Source: the human T2T-CHM13v2.0 reference genome, Homo sapiens
Reading direction: 5' to 3' (one strand)
DNA: 64,000 nucleotides
NCBI RefSeq assembly: GCF_009914755.1
Contig: NC_060933.1
In this document: piece by piece, positions 1 to 12,108 of the stretch
How the letters are laid out: each line of letters begins with the position of its first letter
Numbering within the stretch: position 1 is the first letter of the stretch
Position numbers and translations under genes: made by a program
The notes under the pieces: model-generated
What the model was told of the DNA's origin: nothing
What the model saw: only the letters and a program-made list of their open reading frames with translations
Databases searched by the model: none

Positions 1-2099
1 AGAGCATGTTGCATAGAGAAACAGTAAATTTTATTACATGTTATGCATTTTTTAATTTAAAGAAGAGCTATCTTGGACCAGTTATGCTCCATAAATACAG
101 CATATAAGCATTAAACTTAAAAAAGAAAGAGTCTAGTATCTGAAACAGTTATTGTCTACTCACCAAAAGAACTGGAATGATTATAGGCAGCCCAGGCCAG
201 GTATGTAATGTGGGTGTTAAGACTCTGTTTACAAAAACCAATGTGGGAAGGCATGGAATTTCCAGACTGAGTGCTACTTGTGTATACAGTTCCTCAATTT
301 GTATTCTATAGGAACCCAAAGTTTGTTTGTTTGCTGCCGGAGCAAATCTCGCAATGCAGCAAAGCTGGACATTCCATAGCTCCTAAGCTGATGTGTTGCC
401 CTGCCTGCCCTATGCTTCCCTCCTTGTCCACTCTAGCCAATTCCTTAATGAGCATCTGATTTAGATAAACTATAACTGTTCAGAGCATTATTGTTTAAAG
501 CCCCCATGCCAGCTGACAGCACTATAAACTTTGAAATCACCAATCAGTAATTATCTTCATATATTCATGATGAAATAAAGTTGCAGAGAAAGCCAGTTTT
601 TGTTTCGAGAATACCTTCTTTTAGTTCTTTTAGGGTGGTTGTGATACTCACGGCCACTGGATAGTCTCATGCACAAAGAAATTCAAGTTGCATAAAGCAA
701 AAGTATCCAAACATGAAGGGCAATGATAGCATCCCAGCCTTTGGCCAAAAAAAGGACCCGATTCAATAATTTTGGGCTGGGTCAACCAGTACTTGAAATT
801 TAAGTTTTTTACCCAACATTTCTATCATATATAAAGGATTGCAGGTAGACGTGGACTACTAGTACATAATATAAACCACTATTTTTTTAAACTCAGAATC
901 TACCTGTGCATTCATTCTGAAGCTTATCTTTTATTCCTAAAGCCTGCAAACCAGATGTAATACTAACTTTCAGCAAGCAGGCCTGGTGCTTACTCAGGAG
1001 AAAGTTTCCCTTCTTTGCTTTCATCCATAGGACTTTCTATTCTGAGACTGTTTGACTTCATCCCTGATTGATCTTTAACTGGCATGCATTAAAAGACTCT
1101 CCCTGAATAATAAGTGCCATGGAAATAGGCACCTTTCATCTTTGGAGGCAAAGGAGCCCTGTGCCACATGGTGGGGTGGCAGTTCCTTTGATCAGCATTT
1201 CTTTACTAGAGCCCAGCAACTGAGTCACCCTACCAGGCACAGCAATACAATAGGCATCCAGTATCCCAGCGGAACCAGTGCTAAGCAGTGATTGGGAATT
1301 TCCATCAGAGTATCTTAATCCACTAGTCTGAGTTGTCACCATGAGTTCCATGATGCCCATTAAAATGACTTCAGGTCACCTTTACTGAGCCTGCCCATTC
1401 ACTCCAAAACAATTATCCTAATCCCCTAGCAGGCCCAATCCCTCAACACTTATGAAGTGCCCTCCTACGCAGGGTGCTGACATTTTCCAACAACACTGGC
1501 CTCTTTGAAATGCCAATCAAAAGTCCTCCTTGTTAAAATACACGACCCTCTCTGCAAGTATAAACAGACCTTCATGCATCACCACTACCACCATCATTAA
1601 AAAGCACTTACAGAACACCCACCTGTGCATGATGCTGTGCAGCCCGGCCCAGAGCAAGCAAGTGTTCCAAGTGCTGACCTGAGGAAGGAGTGGCTACAAC
1701 CCTGCCACTTCAGGGTTCTTCTGCTGTTTATTTAACACAGACTGTGCCTAGGGGCATGGGCCTGCAGCAGACCATTTCTGGTAGGTGGGTAATTGCCCCA
1801 AGAGAATTAATTAGCTGCTTAACAGAGCAGATCTAGGAAATGTAGTGTGTGACAAAGCTCACCATTAAAGTTTTTCCAAAATGCTACTTCCCAACATGTT
1901 AGTTACCACTCCCCAGTACTCAACTACTTGGTTCTGCACGGGGTGATTCGGAAGGATCTTTCACAGTTATTTTCCTTCCCTACATACTGTCACCCTATTG
2001 ACTACTCACCACTAAGGAAGGAAGGGTAAATAGAACCAATGTTGATCCATTGTCATGCTTTTGGCCAGCAAATCAGGACAGAGGACATAGGTTTATTTA

Positions 2100-2260
2100 T
2101 CACTCCACTACTTACCAGCAGGGCAACTTTGGAGAAGCTGGTAAATGCTCTGGGCTTCAGTTTTCTTCAGTGTAGAATGAGAACCGTACCACATATGGGT
2201 TGTTTTAAAGGTTGAGTGAGACAACAAAGGGTGGAAATTAAGTGCTTGGGACTCAGTGGT
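2100..2260 (+). mobile_element. MIR SINE fragment
   Basis: Resembles MIR core: 'ctctgggcttcagttttcttcagtgtagaatgag...gggttgttttaaaggttgagtgag...agtgcttggg'. Confidence 0.7.
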
Positions 2261-3454
2261 GTCAGAGAAATCTGGGCCAAATCTTAGACAAGACTGATAG
2301 TATTTACTAAGTCTGGGAGCCTTTTGAGAGGTGAAGCTGGGAAGGCGTTTGCACACTCAGGGGGTGAGAAAGAGGGCTGATGAGAAAGGAGTGAGAAAAT
2401 AACACGAGACAAGGCAAGACATTTAAGGTTAGCAAAAGTTAGGCAGGGGCAACCAAAGAATTAGGGTGCCTGGAACCTAGGGGCTTCACTGGGAAGTAGT
2501 AAGAAGAGAGCGTGAAACATAAGAGAGAGAAGCAGTGGTGGAGGGGATCTGTGCCATCATCCATTTGTTCGTTCATTTCCTCAGCCATATACAGACGTCA
2601 GCATTTATTGTTGTCTACCCTGTGCCTGATGCGATGTTTGGCAAATTTACATGATTCTTTATGCAGAAAGCAATATAGTAATCTGGAAAGAACAATGATT
2701 GTGGAGATGTGAGCTTGAATCCTGGCTCTCACCTCTATGGTTTTAGCTTCTCATTAGCACCATTTTACCCTTCATTAGCTGGGTCCTTCCTGTGGGTCCA
2801 AGGGAGACATACGTTTCACATAATTTTAAAACTTGGCATAATAAAAAAAAGATACTGATGCTTCAAATCTAGCTAAAAACATGTTTTGACAAAGATGTAT
2901 ATGATTTAATTTCCTCCTCCCCGTTGCAATATTTTCCCCACGATGCAAGTTTAGGTATCTGCCCTTTACTTAAACCATTTACAACGTGACAAGTAATAAA
3001 GGCTTTAGTAAGAAACATGAAAAGAATAAAACCGAAGATGCGATCTTTCCCAATTCAAAGATATTTGTTCGAAGCCGTTCCACTCAACTGTCTTAATCTC
3101 TTGAGAGGAGTCTTGGTTTATTGTGAAAGAGTCTCCTAAGATTGCTTGAAATGCCTGTGACGGGAACCTGGTCTGTAACCTAGCAGTGTAATGGTCTTAG
3201 GTCCTTTCATGTCTTTTCCAATGCTTAATGATAGGTAACCTATATTCCAAAATTCTCAGTGGATGTCGTTCATTCAAAATATATAATACATATAGGTTCT
3301 AGCAAACAATATTTTACCTACAAAAGAAAAGCGAATGTGGGCTGGAAACATCCATTGATTTTAGATGTCCATGTACTAAAGAGGTTGTATTCAGTGTAGC
3401 TCACTCAATTCTGATTGAATATCCACATTTTTAAACCTGCTCTGTTAGAGCTAA

Positions 3455-3560
3455 CCTATAGAACTTCAGTTTCTCTGTTGGCGAATGGTAACAGTAGTGC
3501 CTACCACAACAGGGATATCAGCAAAATTGCATGAGGAAAATTATTTAAATATCCTGGGAC
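3455..3560 (+). mobile_element. MIR fragment
   Basis: 'cttcagtttctctg...aatggtaacagtagtgcctacc...aggg...atgagg' follows the MIR core order. Confidence 0.55.
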
Positions 3561-3629
3561 TGTTCTACCTAAAGCAGTCTTATCAGTTCTTCATCATACC
3601 ATCCTTTTAAATGCTGAGGATAGGTCTCC

Positions 3630-3790
3630 CCACAATCTGAAAATACATTATTTATTTACATGTTCAGTTGTCTGTTTTCTTTTCTTCATTTACTAGAATG
3701 TATGCCCCAAGAGAAGAGGAATCTCACTTGTTATAGATCAAGACTTGCCTGCTCATAGGAGGTACTCAGTAAATGTTTGTTGAGTGCATA
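3630..3790 (+). mobile_element. L2 LINE 3' end
   Basis: 'actagaatgtatgccccaagag...taggaggtactcagtaaatgtttgttgagtg' matches the L2 3' terminus. Confidence 0.7.
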
Positions 3791-3909
3791 GTAGTTGATC
3801 AATAAATGACAGATATACACAAAACTATACATACGTGTATATATTCATATATTTATAGCTTCTTTACTAGATAGTATCGGTCTACATATATATTCATGAT
3901 AAACATTCC

Positions 3910-4060
3910 ATATGAGCTATCATAATCCTGATTTTATGTATATAAAGAAATGAGTTAAAAAAGGTTGAGTAACTTGTCTAACTAACTTCACAGTGCTAAG
4001 AGTATTGGTCTTGGGAATTGAAACCATAAACCCAGTTTACATTTCTTCCATTACAGCACA
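3910..4060 (-). mobile_element. MIR fragment
   Basis: 'atcctgatttta...aaggttgagtaacttgtct...cacagtgctaag...gggaattgaaacc' is the antisense MIR core. Confidence 0.65.
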
Positions 4061-5814
4061 GCTCCTATTCACTAATTTTTTTAAGAGATGGCCATCACTC
4101 TACCTTACCATACCCTGTTTCAGAGTCTATTTCATAGGTTGTAACTTTATCTATCCTTCCCAATGTTTCCTCAGCCCTCCTTCCAGCCCACAACAGCCTG
4201 TTCCATATGTACGGGGCTATAGCCTGAAGTATCCTTGTGTGGCTCTCTGGCTCTGATCTTGTTATGGAGCCATCTCAGTGCTATTATTTCCAGGAGTGGG
4301 CTGCTCCAGCTTCTTAAAGCCCCTCATTTAATTGACTATTCAAAAATCAGATACTGTGAGCCCCCATCCCCACAGGGTTAAAGCACCCAAAAGAATCCCC
4401 ACGGATTTCCTTCTACCTCACAGCAAAGTTTAAGCCACACATGCACCAGCTGCTGATGGACTCCACACCCCAGCTGTGCCGCTGAAGGGTGACTGTACTC
4501 GGGCAGCCGGTTCCAAATCGAGCTGCTGAAATGGGGCCTCATGAGGCTTTGACAGTGTTAATTACTGAATCCTCCCAGCCTGCCAGCCAGGCTTCTCCAC
4601 GGAAGGCCTCGCCATGTGGAACTGCTCCTGGTGGCACTCCCTCTGAGCTCCCATTTGGCAGCAAGCAGACATCATTTTAAAAGATGTTTTTATTTGCTTT
4701 AGCGTTTGGTTCATCCTCCCTCCTCTGCCCCCGACTCTGACACTTCGGGACTGAAATATGTTTTTTGCAGTTGTGGCCAAGTTCTACCAGGTTCCTGAAT
4801 CCTGCGTTTAATGAGTTGGTTGTCAGAGGAGAGGCCACAGCTGGAGGCGTTGACCCAGGTTTTATAGTCAGGGGTCTGTGCACCCAGATCCACCGCATGA
4901 ATGGTACACGTAAGGGCATGGGACAGCTTTTTACTTTGTAAGTCTGACTAACTTTAGTTCCAGAGTCCTCCTACACAGGACATGCTCCACATTCATATAT
5001 AAAATTTAACTTTTCTCTAAGAGTGCATACAAAAAGGAGCCTTGGTTGGGACAAGAGTGCTTTTGTGACAGGTTTCCTGAAAGAAAAGACTCCACATCAC
5101 TTTTATGCCTGATTTAACTTGACCCGTCAATCACAGGAATTTGGCCAGCTATGCTATGGAACAATGCAAGTCCCATTCACAAGGGCTGTAATATGCCATT
5201 CATTAAGATGACTCTCTTGGCTTCCACCATGGGTGTCCTCTTGCTCCACCAGAAGACCTAAGGGGATAAAAAAAGAGCCAAGCCACTAGAACAGCTGCAA
5301 TAGAATGCACTGTGGTCACAGGGCCAGTGCCAACTCCAAAGGCATGTACCAACCGAAATGCAGATGTTCGATTTGGCCATGAGAGATGGCATGTGGGCCT
5401 TTCAGGTTCAGTGAACCAAACAGGATGATGAGGGTTTTCATCTTCCAGAAGTTGTGCCCATAATTCTAATGGCTAGATTGAATTCTCCTTCTCCAGAAGA
5501 TTAGCTGTAACCAGTTACTAGGGACTCATGCAGAGAAGACACTTGATTCTTTTTCTACCATAAAGTTTTCAGATGGAGCAAAGAGACAGGTACAAGTCAG
5601 GATACAAATGGAGTCTAGTGCTTTCTGCTGCCTCATCTGAAAGTCAGCCATGCAGGAGATGCCCCAAACAGCAAGTGGACAGCAAGTCATTTTTCTTGGG
5701 GAATCATGATCTAAATTTTCCACGTGAAAAGAGTCCCAGGCCTATTACTTCTACAGTTTGTATTTTCTCCCACTTAATTTCCCAAAGAAATGCAATCTTT
5801 TCCCCAAAGTTCAG

Positions 5815-6293
5815 TTCCATGGGTTGAATTGTGTCTCACAAGAATTCCTATGCTATGCTGAGGTCCTAATCCCCAGTATCTCAAAATGTAATCTTATTTT
5901 GGAAATAGGGTCATAACATATATAATTCGTTAAATTAAGATGAGGTCATGGTAGAATAGGGTAGGCTCCTAATCCGGCATGATTGGTGTCCTTATAAAAA
6001 GGGAAATTTGGACCAGAGACACTCACACAGGGAGAATGCTATGTGAAGACAAAGGAAGAGATTGGGGTAATGCCCCATAAGCCAGGGAACACCAAAAATT
6101 GCCAGCAAATCACTAGAAGTTAGGTGAGAGGAACAGCCTAGAACAGATTCTCCCTCTCGGCCCTCAGAAGGAACTTACCTGCCAATGCCTTAATCTTGAA
6201 CTTCCAGCCTCTAGATCCATGAGAGGTACATTTCTTTTGTTTAAGCCATTCAGCTTGTGGTGCTGGTTATAGCAGCCCTTGCAAACTAATTAA
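5815..6293 (+). mobile_element. MLT1C-like solo LTR (ERVL-MaLR)
   Basis: Starts 'atgggttgaattgtgtc', contains 'ggaaatagggtc', 'aagatgaggtcat', 'gaacagattctccctc', ends 'gttatagcagcccttgcaaactaat'; ~480 bp. Confidence 0.85.
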
Positions 6294-6859
6294 TATAGCA
6301 AGTGTAACTGCTTTTTTGCACTTGTGTCCCCTCAAAATTAAAACTCTTAGGGGGGATTCTCTACCAGTTTTCCAGGTAAGTTTTAGAGAAAGATACCTGC
6401 CTTACAAGCTGAAAATTGTCATAGGTGAGCAGATGATATTATGTTTGCAGGTCAATATACTCTCTGTAAGGCTGTTTGTAAGCACTGTATTTATTGCAAA
6501 ATATTTAATGTCCCTCTGAGGAAAGGGGAAATTGAGATATGAAGGGCAGAGTCCTTGGAAATAAGGCTCCGTGGTGGAGAGTTGCATGCCCACTAGGGCT
6601 TGCTCACAGCAACGATAGCTGTAAGGAGATGAGGCAGAGGAGAAGTTGAGTGGTAGTGTGGCTACAACAGATGGATAAAATGATGACCATCCATTGTGTC
6701 CCTAAGACCAGCTCCAGTGTTGGGAATTATAAATTGTGTCACTGATTTCCTATAATTTTGCGAGGAAGAGAAACTTACCAGAATCCTGAGAAAGCTGTTC
6801 TCAGATGGGGTGAAATGTCCATAAAAGCCGTACGCTGCCCAGCAGTGCAAGGAATGGAC

Positions 6860-7041
6860 TGTAGTGGATGCTGTGGTTGTTGGCCAATCCCCTCTTCAAG
6901 ATGAAGACACTCATTTCCTCAGATGCCAGGAGTCATGGCTGCTGAAGGCTCATAGCCGAGGTTCCTCCCTCGGCATTGACCTCAGTCAAAGAAAGCTACC
7001 TCATCTTAGGACACACCCCATCTAAGGGACATCCCACATTC
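6860..7041 (+). mobile_element. LTR16A-like LTR, 5' ~180 bp only
   Basis: 'tgtagtggatgctgtgg...' is the LTR16A start; homologous to the reverse complement of ~11930-12108. Confidence 0.75.
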
Positions 7042-7044
7042 AAG

Positions 7045-7150
7045 AGCTCAAAGTAACCAGGTAGCAGTCAGAATTCAGTTAGTGATACTCTTGCTGTGTC
7101 CTCCGGTGGAAGCATTCCCTCTCTGAGGTTCAGAACTTATGGGTCTTTGA
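7045..7150 (-). pseudogene. ERV-L dUTPase N-terminus (truncated)
   Basis: Reverse strand reads EGMLPPEDTARVSL...LLPGYFELL, similar to the HERV-L post-integrase dUTPase EGGMLPPGDT...LPPGHFG. Confidence 0.7.
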
Positions 7151-7878
7151 CACACACAGTTTCAGAGACAGAAAGCATAAATTATCCAAATGGGTCTGTG
7201 GAGATAATCAGGGGCAATCCCAATATCACTTTTCTTCCCAAGTCTTGGTATTCTCCCTACTGGGGACATAATACCATGTAACGGTCATTATATGTGAGTG
7301 TACATTGTATACTATAGGATGGAGCCCCTCTCCTTACAGCACCCTCTCCAAGCTGGCACATCAGCTGCTGTTTGAAAATGCTATCCCTGTGGTCCAGCAG
7401 ACCAGCAGCTACTGGGCAGTGCTGTAACTGTTATGATTAGTGGATCCATGGTCATATGTTCATAGTAGTCCCTTCTGTGCTATAAAGTGGGCTGCTTGGT
7501 CTGATGTGATATATGATCCTGTGTTTGTGGATCAAATGTGCCCCAGATAATGGGGCTGATGGAGGCCCTGGGAGAAAGAAAATCATACCCATATTCAGAA
7601 TGTATTGATTTCAGTCAAGATAAATTGCTGTTTCTTCTAAAGTGGAAAGAGTCCAATATAATCAACTTGCCATGGAGAGGCTGGTCGGTCCTTCCTGAAA
7701 TGTTGCCACATTAGAGGCTCAGTGTGGGTTTCTATCGCTGGCAGGTTGGCTATTCAACAGCAGCAGTAGTTAAATCAGCTTTGATCAGTGAGAGTCTGTA
7801 GTGTTAAAGACTCCTTCCCTGCCACCGTAACTACTTTGTTCATGAGTCAGTTGTGCAAGCACCAGAGTATCTGATGAC
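7150..7878 (-). pseudogene. ERV-L integrase remnant
   Basis: Reverse of 7652-7672 = WQVDYIG followed by LFPL*KKQQFILTEINT; N-terminal 'LAQLTHEQSSYGGR' near 7820-7860. Confidence 0.8.
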
Positions 7879-9400
7879 CTAGACTCTATTTCAGATGCAC
7901 CACTTCAAGAGATTGCTGTTAGGCTTGTCTCATCATATGACTTGATGCATCTGACAGGACCAAAACCATGGTGGGAAGTTCTGGTCACAAAATCATTTCA
8001 TGTCCTACCATCATGCTACCAGGGTAGTAGCACACCATGGTCTTTGGCATAATTTTCTGGTGCAGATGGCATTATCTTTGTTCCAGAAACATATGTACCT
8101 ACACTGTGGTGCTTTTACTGTGGTTTGCCATATACTTCATACAGGATCTTTTCCACCACAGTTATCTCTGTTACCATACCATATACTCTGTATAATAACA
8201 TAGGGTCTGCCAGGCCTTAAGACCCAAGCAGCAGGGCCACTTGCATTGCGGCCTAGAACGGCTACAGAGATTTCCTGCTAGGTCCTACTCAAAGCTGACA
8301 GCCTTCCAAGTCATTTAAACTTGCCAGTGAAGAGCGAGTTTATAAAGAAGATGAAACTGCAATCCCACCATCATTCAGTGAGTCAGAAGCCAGTAGCAAC
8401 TTACTGTTACCCAAACCTACTGAACTTGTTGTTGGAAAGATCTTTGTGAGGATTAGTAATTAGGTTAAAAAAATTAAGAAGAACCAACTTCAAAGCAAAA
8501 ATTAAACTGTATTTCTACTTAAACAATTAATACACCTGAGTTAGTTTCCCAAACCCTAACTTCTGATTAAATGCCCTTAAAACTAAAAAAACAAATTGTT
8601 CATTTAACAAATCATACTCCTACTCAGAATGAGTTGACTCCAATGTGGGTACAGGAATACACTGCTTCCTAAATGCAAAGAGACCTACCAGGCACTGTGT
8701 TTCCTCCTTAGGGGTGAGAAGTACAAGGACAGTCCTGTACTTCAAGGGCATGCTCCTACATACCCCACTGATGCCTAAAACTTTACTGATACGGTTGGTC
8801 CTGGAATCTTTATAAAGTTTGTCTTTCACCTGGAGTGTATGTGTATGTGGCTTAACAAAACACCTAAAATTCTTGCTGCTTCCTGCTAGTCTGGTTTTAT
8901 TAATATTATGTCTTTGAGATAGTGGGTGAAAGTGATATTCTACAGAATGTCCAGTTAGTACTCGTCCCTTTAACTATATAATTATGGAGGGTGGGAGAGT
9001 TAACACAGCTCTGGGGAGAGACTATATATGCACACATTTGTCTATTTCATGTAAAGACAAATTGCTTCTAATCCTCCTTCCTAATAGAGTTGAAAATGAA
9101 CACACAAACCAGCCCAGTGGCTGCATATCATGTTCCCAGGGCTGTGTGGTTATGTGCTTATGAAGACATAACATCTGACAAAGCAGCTACATTTGGAGCT
9201 ACTACTTGGTTGAGTGTTAAATGCTCCATTGTCACTTTTGAATTTTGCAGCAGTGAGGCTGATGAATTAAATGTTTTTGTATTACTACTGTTTTTGTATA
9301 CTGCGTATCTTTAAGAATAGCACTAATCTCTGCCACTCCACCAAGGATGCAATATTATTTTTTTATTTCCTTCTGTTGGCTGGAATGGAAGAGCACCTTA
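7879..9400 (-). pseudogene. ERV-L reverse transcriptase and connection remnant (interrupted at 8341-8630)
   Basis: Reverse strand: 'LNQVVAPNVAALSDVMS', degenerate YIDD box 'HYLKDIILI' (~8900-8925), ORF 8620-8829 'KEETQCLVGLFAFRKQCIP', then 'MTWKAVSFE' and 'ADPM'. Confidence 0.8.
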
Positions 9401-11265
9401 AGAAGCTTTCTCATAGTCTTTCCCACTATGATGGTTATTGCACCTCAGGTCAAGAAATCATTGTGAAGATTCTTCTAACTAACTACTAAGTATATGCATT
9501 CCAATTATATATTAGGGTCCAGGAAAATGATCAGGGGCTGGATCTCTGAATCTAGTGACCTCTGCGAGCCAGATGTGGGTCAGGACTTCATTTATTACTT
9601 GGCTTTCCAATTCCCATGCTTATGCAGGGCCGTGATGACAACTACTGTCCCCAGGTACTAATATCAACTTAGATTCTGTGTCCGTACTACTTGAAATGTC
9701 TGGGTATACCCTTTTTTCTAGTATATGGTTACTAAGAATATGGCTGAAACTATTTTAGGTGGGAAACTGGAGCATCTTTATATACTAGTGGAGTTGTAGG
9801 GCCTTCCCAGGGACTTGGCATCTCCTTCAGTATGTGAGTTCTGAAGCTGAAATACTAATGTAATTCAGGAAACTGGAAAAGGGATCATGACTTTCTACTG
9901 GCTGGTTTCCAATAGTCTCCTGATATTTTCATCAAATAGATTGAGCAGTATCTTTGATAGTTGCCCACCTATCCTTCTCCTGGGTTCTATCAAGTATCTC
10001 CATGTTTTTATGTAGCTCAGGCAACATACACTACCACGCTGGCCATGCTGTCATTACTACTGTGCCTGTTTTGAACAGCCACTTGGCCTCTATCATTCTG
10101 GGATTCTATCATCTGCATTGCTCTCAGGGTGCTTGGTTGTAGCAGCATCTCTTATGTTCAGCTCTGGCCTGGCCTTCAGGGCTTCAGATGATGTGAGCAG
10201 TCCTTATGTTTTGGAGAGGGTCATTTTTTTTTACCCTGGGCCGTCCCATGGAACAGAATCACATGGAGTGTTTGGTGGCCTTATTCAGTGTATTCTCTCA
10301 CCAAGTCTACTACCATCAGCCTCTTAACTCTTTCCTCTGCTGTCTCATGGCAGTTCTGGTGGCTCTACTTCATTCAGTGTGAACGTTTGCTTTCTCTAAG
10401 TTTATATCAGGATCATTGCCAGGGTGTTAAAAACTGTATCACAGAAATAAACTCTTCATTGTCCAACTTCATGTCCATTACCCTTGATATCAGAATGCTA
10501 AGAATTCTAGTTACTATCTCAGCTACATTTTGACTTGGACCTGCAGTTATTTTGTGGTATGGTCTATTTTCTTCATCAGGCTTAGCACTTTCATGGTTGC
10601 ATTATGTTGTGGTATAAAAGTAATTACTGTTTTGGTGCCAATGGAAAAGTGGAGCTAGATCCTGAGACAAGTGTGTATTGTCCTACAAGACTGAGACTTC
10701 TTCTTCATCTTCAAACAAGGGGAAAAAGATAGCTATTACAGGGAAGAACGGGCCACTTTGCAGAGGGTAGAGGATAATGTAGAAATTCAAGGTTTTCAAA
10801 TTCACTGATCCAGATTCCCCTCTCAAATCTCAAGATCCTACTGTTTGCTAAGCAGGGTTCTGACCTCAGAGTAGCAGACTTGCTGGGATTGAGAAGTCAG
10901 TCTTTTTTGTACCTCTGCTATTCTTTCAATACAATTTCATACCTAACCCTCTGCATTTTCTGCTTCTAGCTGTGTGAGTGTCTTGTCATATGCTGTCAAG
11001 GAGGCCCTCTGGCTTTCATACTTTACCTTGAATTGGTTGTTAATTACCCTTAAATGTTATTGTTTTTGTCAATGCATCAATAGTCCTTAGAAAACGCTGA
11101 TTCTGTAATCTTTCTTTATAGTTACCATTTCCCCAGAACTATTCAAACACTTGAGATATTTCACTGACAAGTGTATTCTCTTTCACCAGAATCCCATCTG
11201 AATTCACCACCTGTAAAAGTTATAATAATTGCACCTCTACTGCATGGTAGGGTTTTCAATAACCC

Positions 11266-11599
11266 CCGCCTTACTCTGCTGGGGCTGCCACAACAAACTA
11301 CCGTAGACTGGGTGGCTTCAAGAAGAAAAATTTATTTTCCCACAATTTTGGAGACTAGAAGTCTGAAATTGTGGTGCCAGCATGGTTGGGTTCTGGTGAA
11401 GGCTCTAATTCTGACTTTCAGATGGTCGCCTTCTCACTGTGCCCTCACAAAGCAGAGAGAAAGAGAGAGAATATGAATCTTCCTCCTAGGACCTCATTTA
11501 ACCTTAATTACCTCCTAAAAATCCTATCTCCAAAAACAATCACATTGACGTTATAGCTTCCGTACATGAATTTGGGGGAACACGGTTTATTCCATTGCA
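11266..11599 (-). mobile_element. MLT1A-like LTR inserted in the ERV-L leader
   Basis: 'gggctgccacaacaaactaccgtagactgggtggctt...catgaatttgggggaacac...ccattgca' is antisense MLT1A. Confidence 0.85.
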
Positions 11600-11659
11600 C
11601 CCATCTACCATCAATGATGGGAACCTGTTCAAAAACTCTGTTATAACCTGGTTCCTTCA

Positions 11660-11675
11660 ACTATTGCTGGCACCA
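11660..11675 (-). promoter_or_regulatory. Degenerate tRNA-Leu primer binding site
   Basis: Minus strand reads ...GACA|TA|TGGTGCCAGCAATAG just after the LTR end, similar to Leu PBS TGGTACCAGGAGTGG. Confidence 0.65.
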
Positions 11676-11677
11676 TA

Positions 11678-12108
11678 TGTCAGTTTCCCAGGGAAACAGA
11701 CTCTGAGATGCTGCAGTTTTCATCTAGATGACTTATTGGGAAATACTTTTAGGAGCAACACCTGTAGGAAGGTAAAGGAAGCAAGACTGGAACTGTGATG
11801 CAGCCTCAATCAAGTCATCAGTTGATTCCAGAGAAAGCTTTGAAGCTAGGATGGCCATACAGAGATGTCTCACACTGAGGCAAGGGGACAGAACTTTTGT
11901 ACCACTCCATGACCAGGCTTTAGATGGAGGCTGCATCCTGAGAAGAAGGGGACAAGCTTGGATGAGGCAGCTTTTTTCAGCAAAAGGCAATTCCCAGAGA
12001 GAGATTGAGTTGTCAGTCTCAGCACCCATCCCTCCCAGAGACTGGGGTAAACGTCAATTCTAGGGTGGAGTGGGGGATCTGGGTGGCACGCTATAGCATC
12101 CACCCATA
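11678..12108 (-). mobile_element. LTR16A-like 5' LTR of the ERV-L provirus
   Basis: Reverse complement starts 'gtggatgctatagcgtgccacccagatccccc' and ends 'tctcagagtctgtttccctgggaaactgaca'. Confidence 0.85.

Larger units (their letters stand above)
7042..11676 (-). mobile_element. ERV-L internal region (ERV3-16A3-type), heavily decayed gag-pro-pol-dUTPase
   Basis: Minus-strand translations give ERV-L motifs in the correct order: protease (~9500-9740), RT, connection, integrase WQVDYIG, dUTPase EGMLPPEDT; flanked by PBS and LTR16A. Confidence 0.85.

Noticed and set aside
8640-8760. Apparent L2-like sequence inside the ERV
   Set aside because: The reverse strand translates as the ERV-L RT thumb (LVGLFAFRKQCIP), so it is proviral
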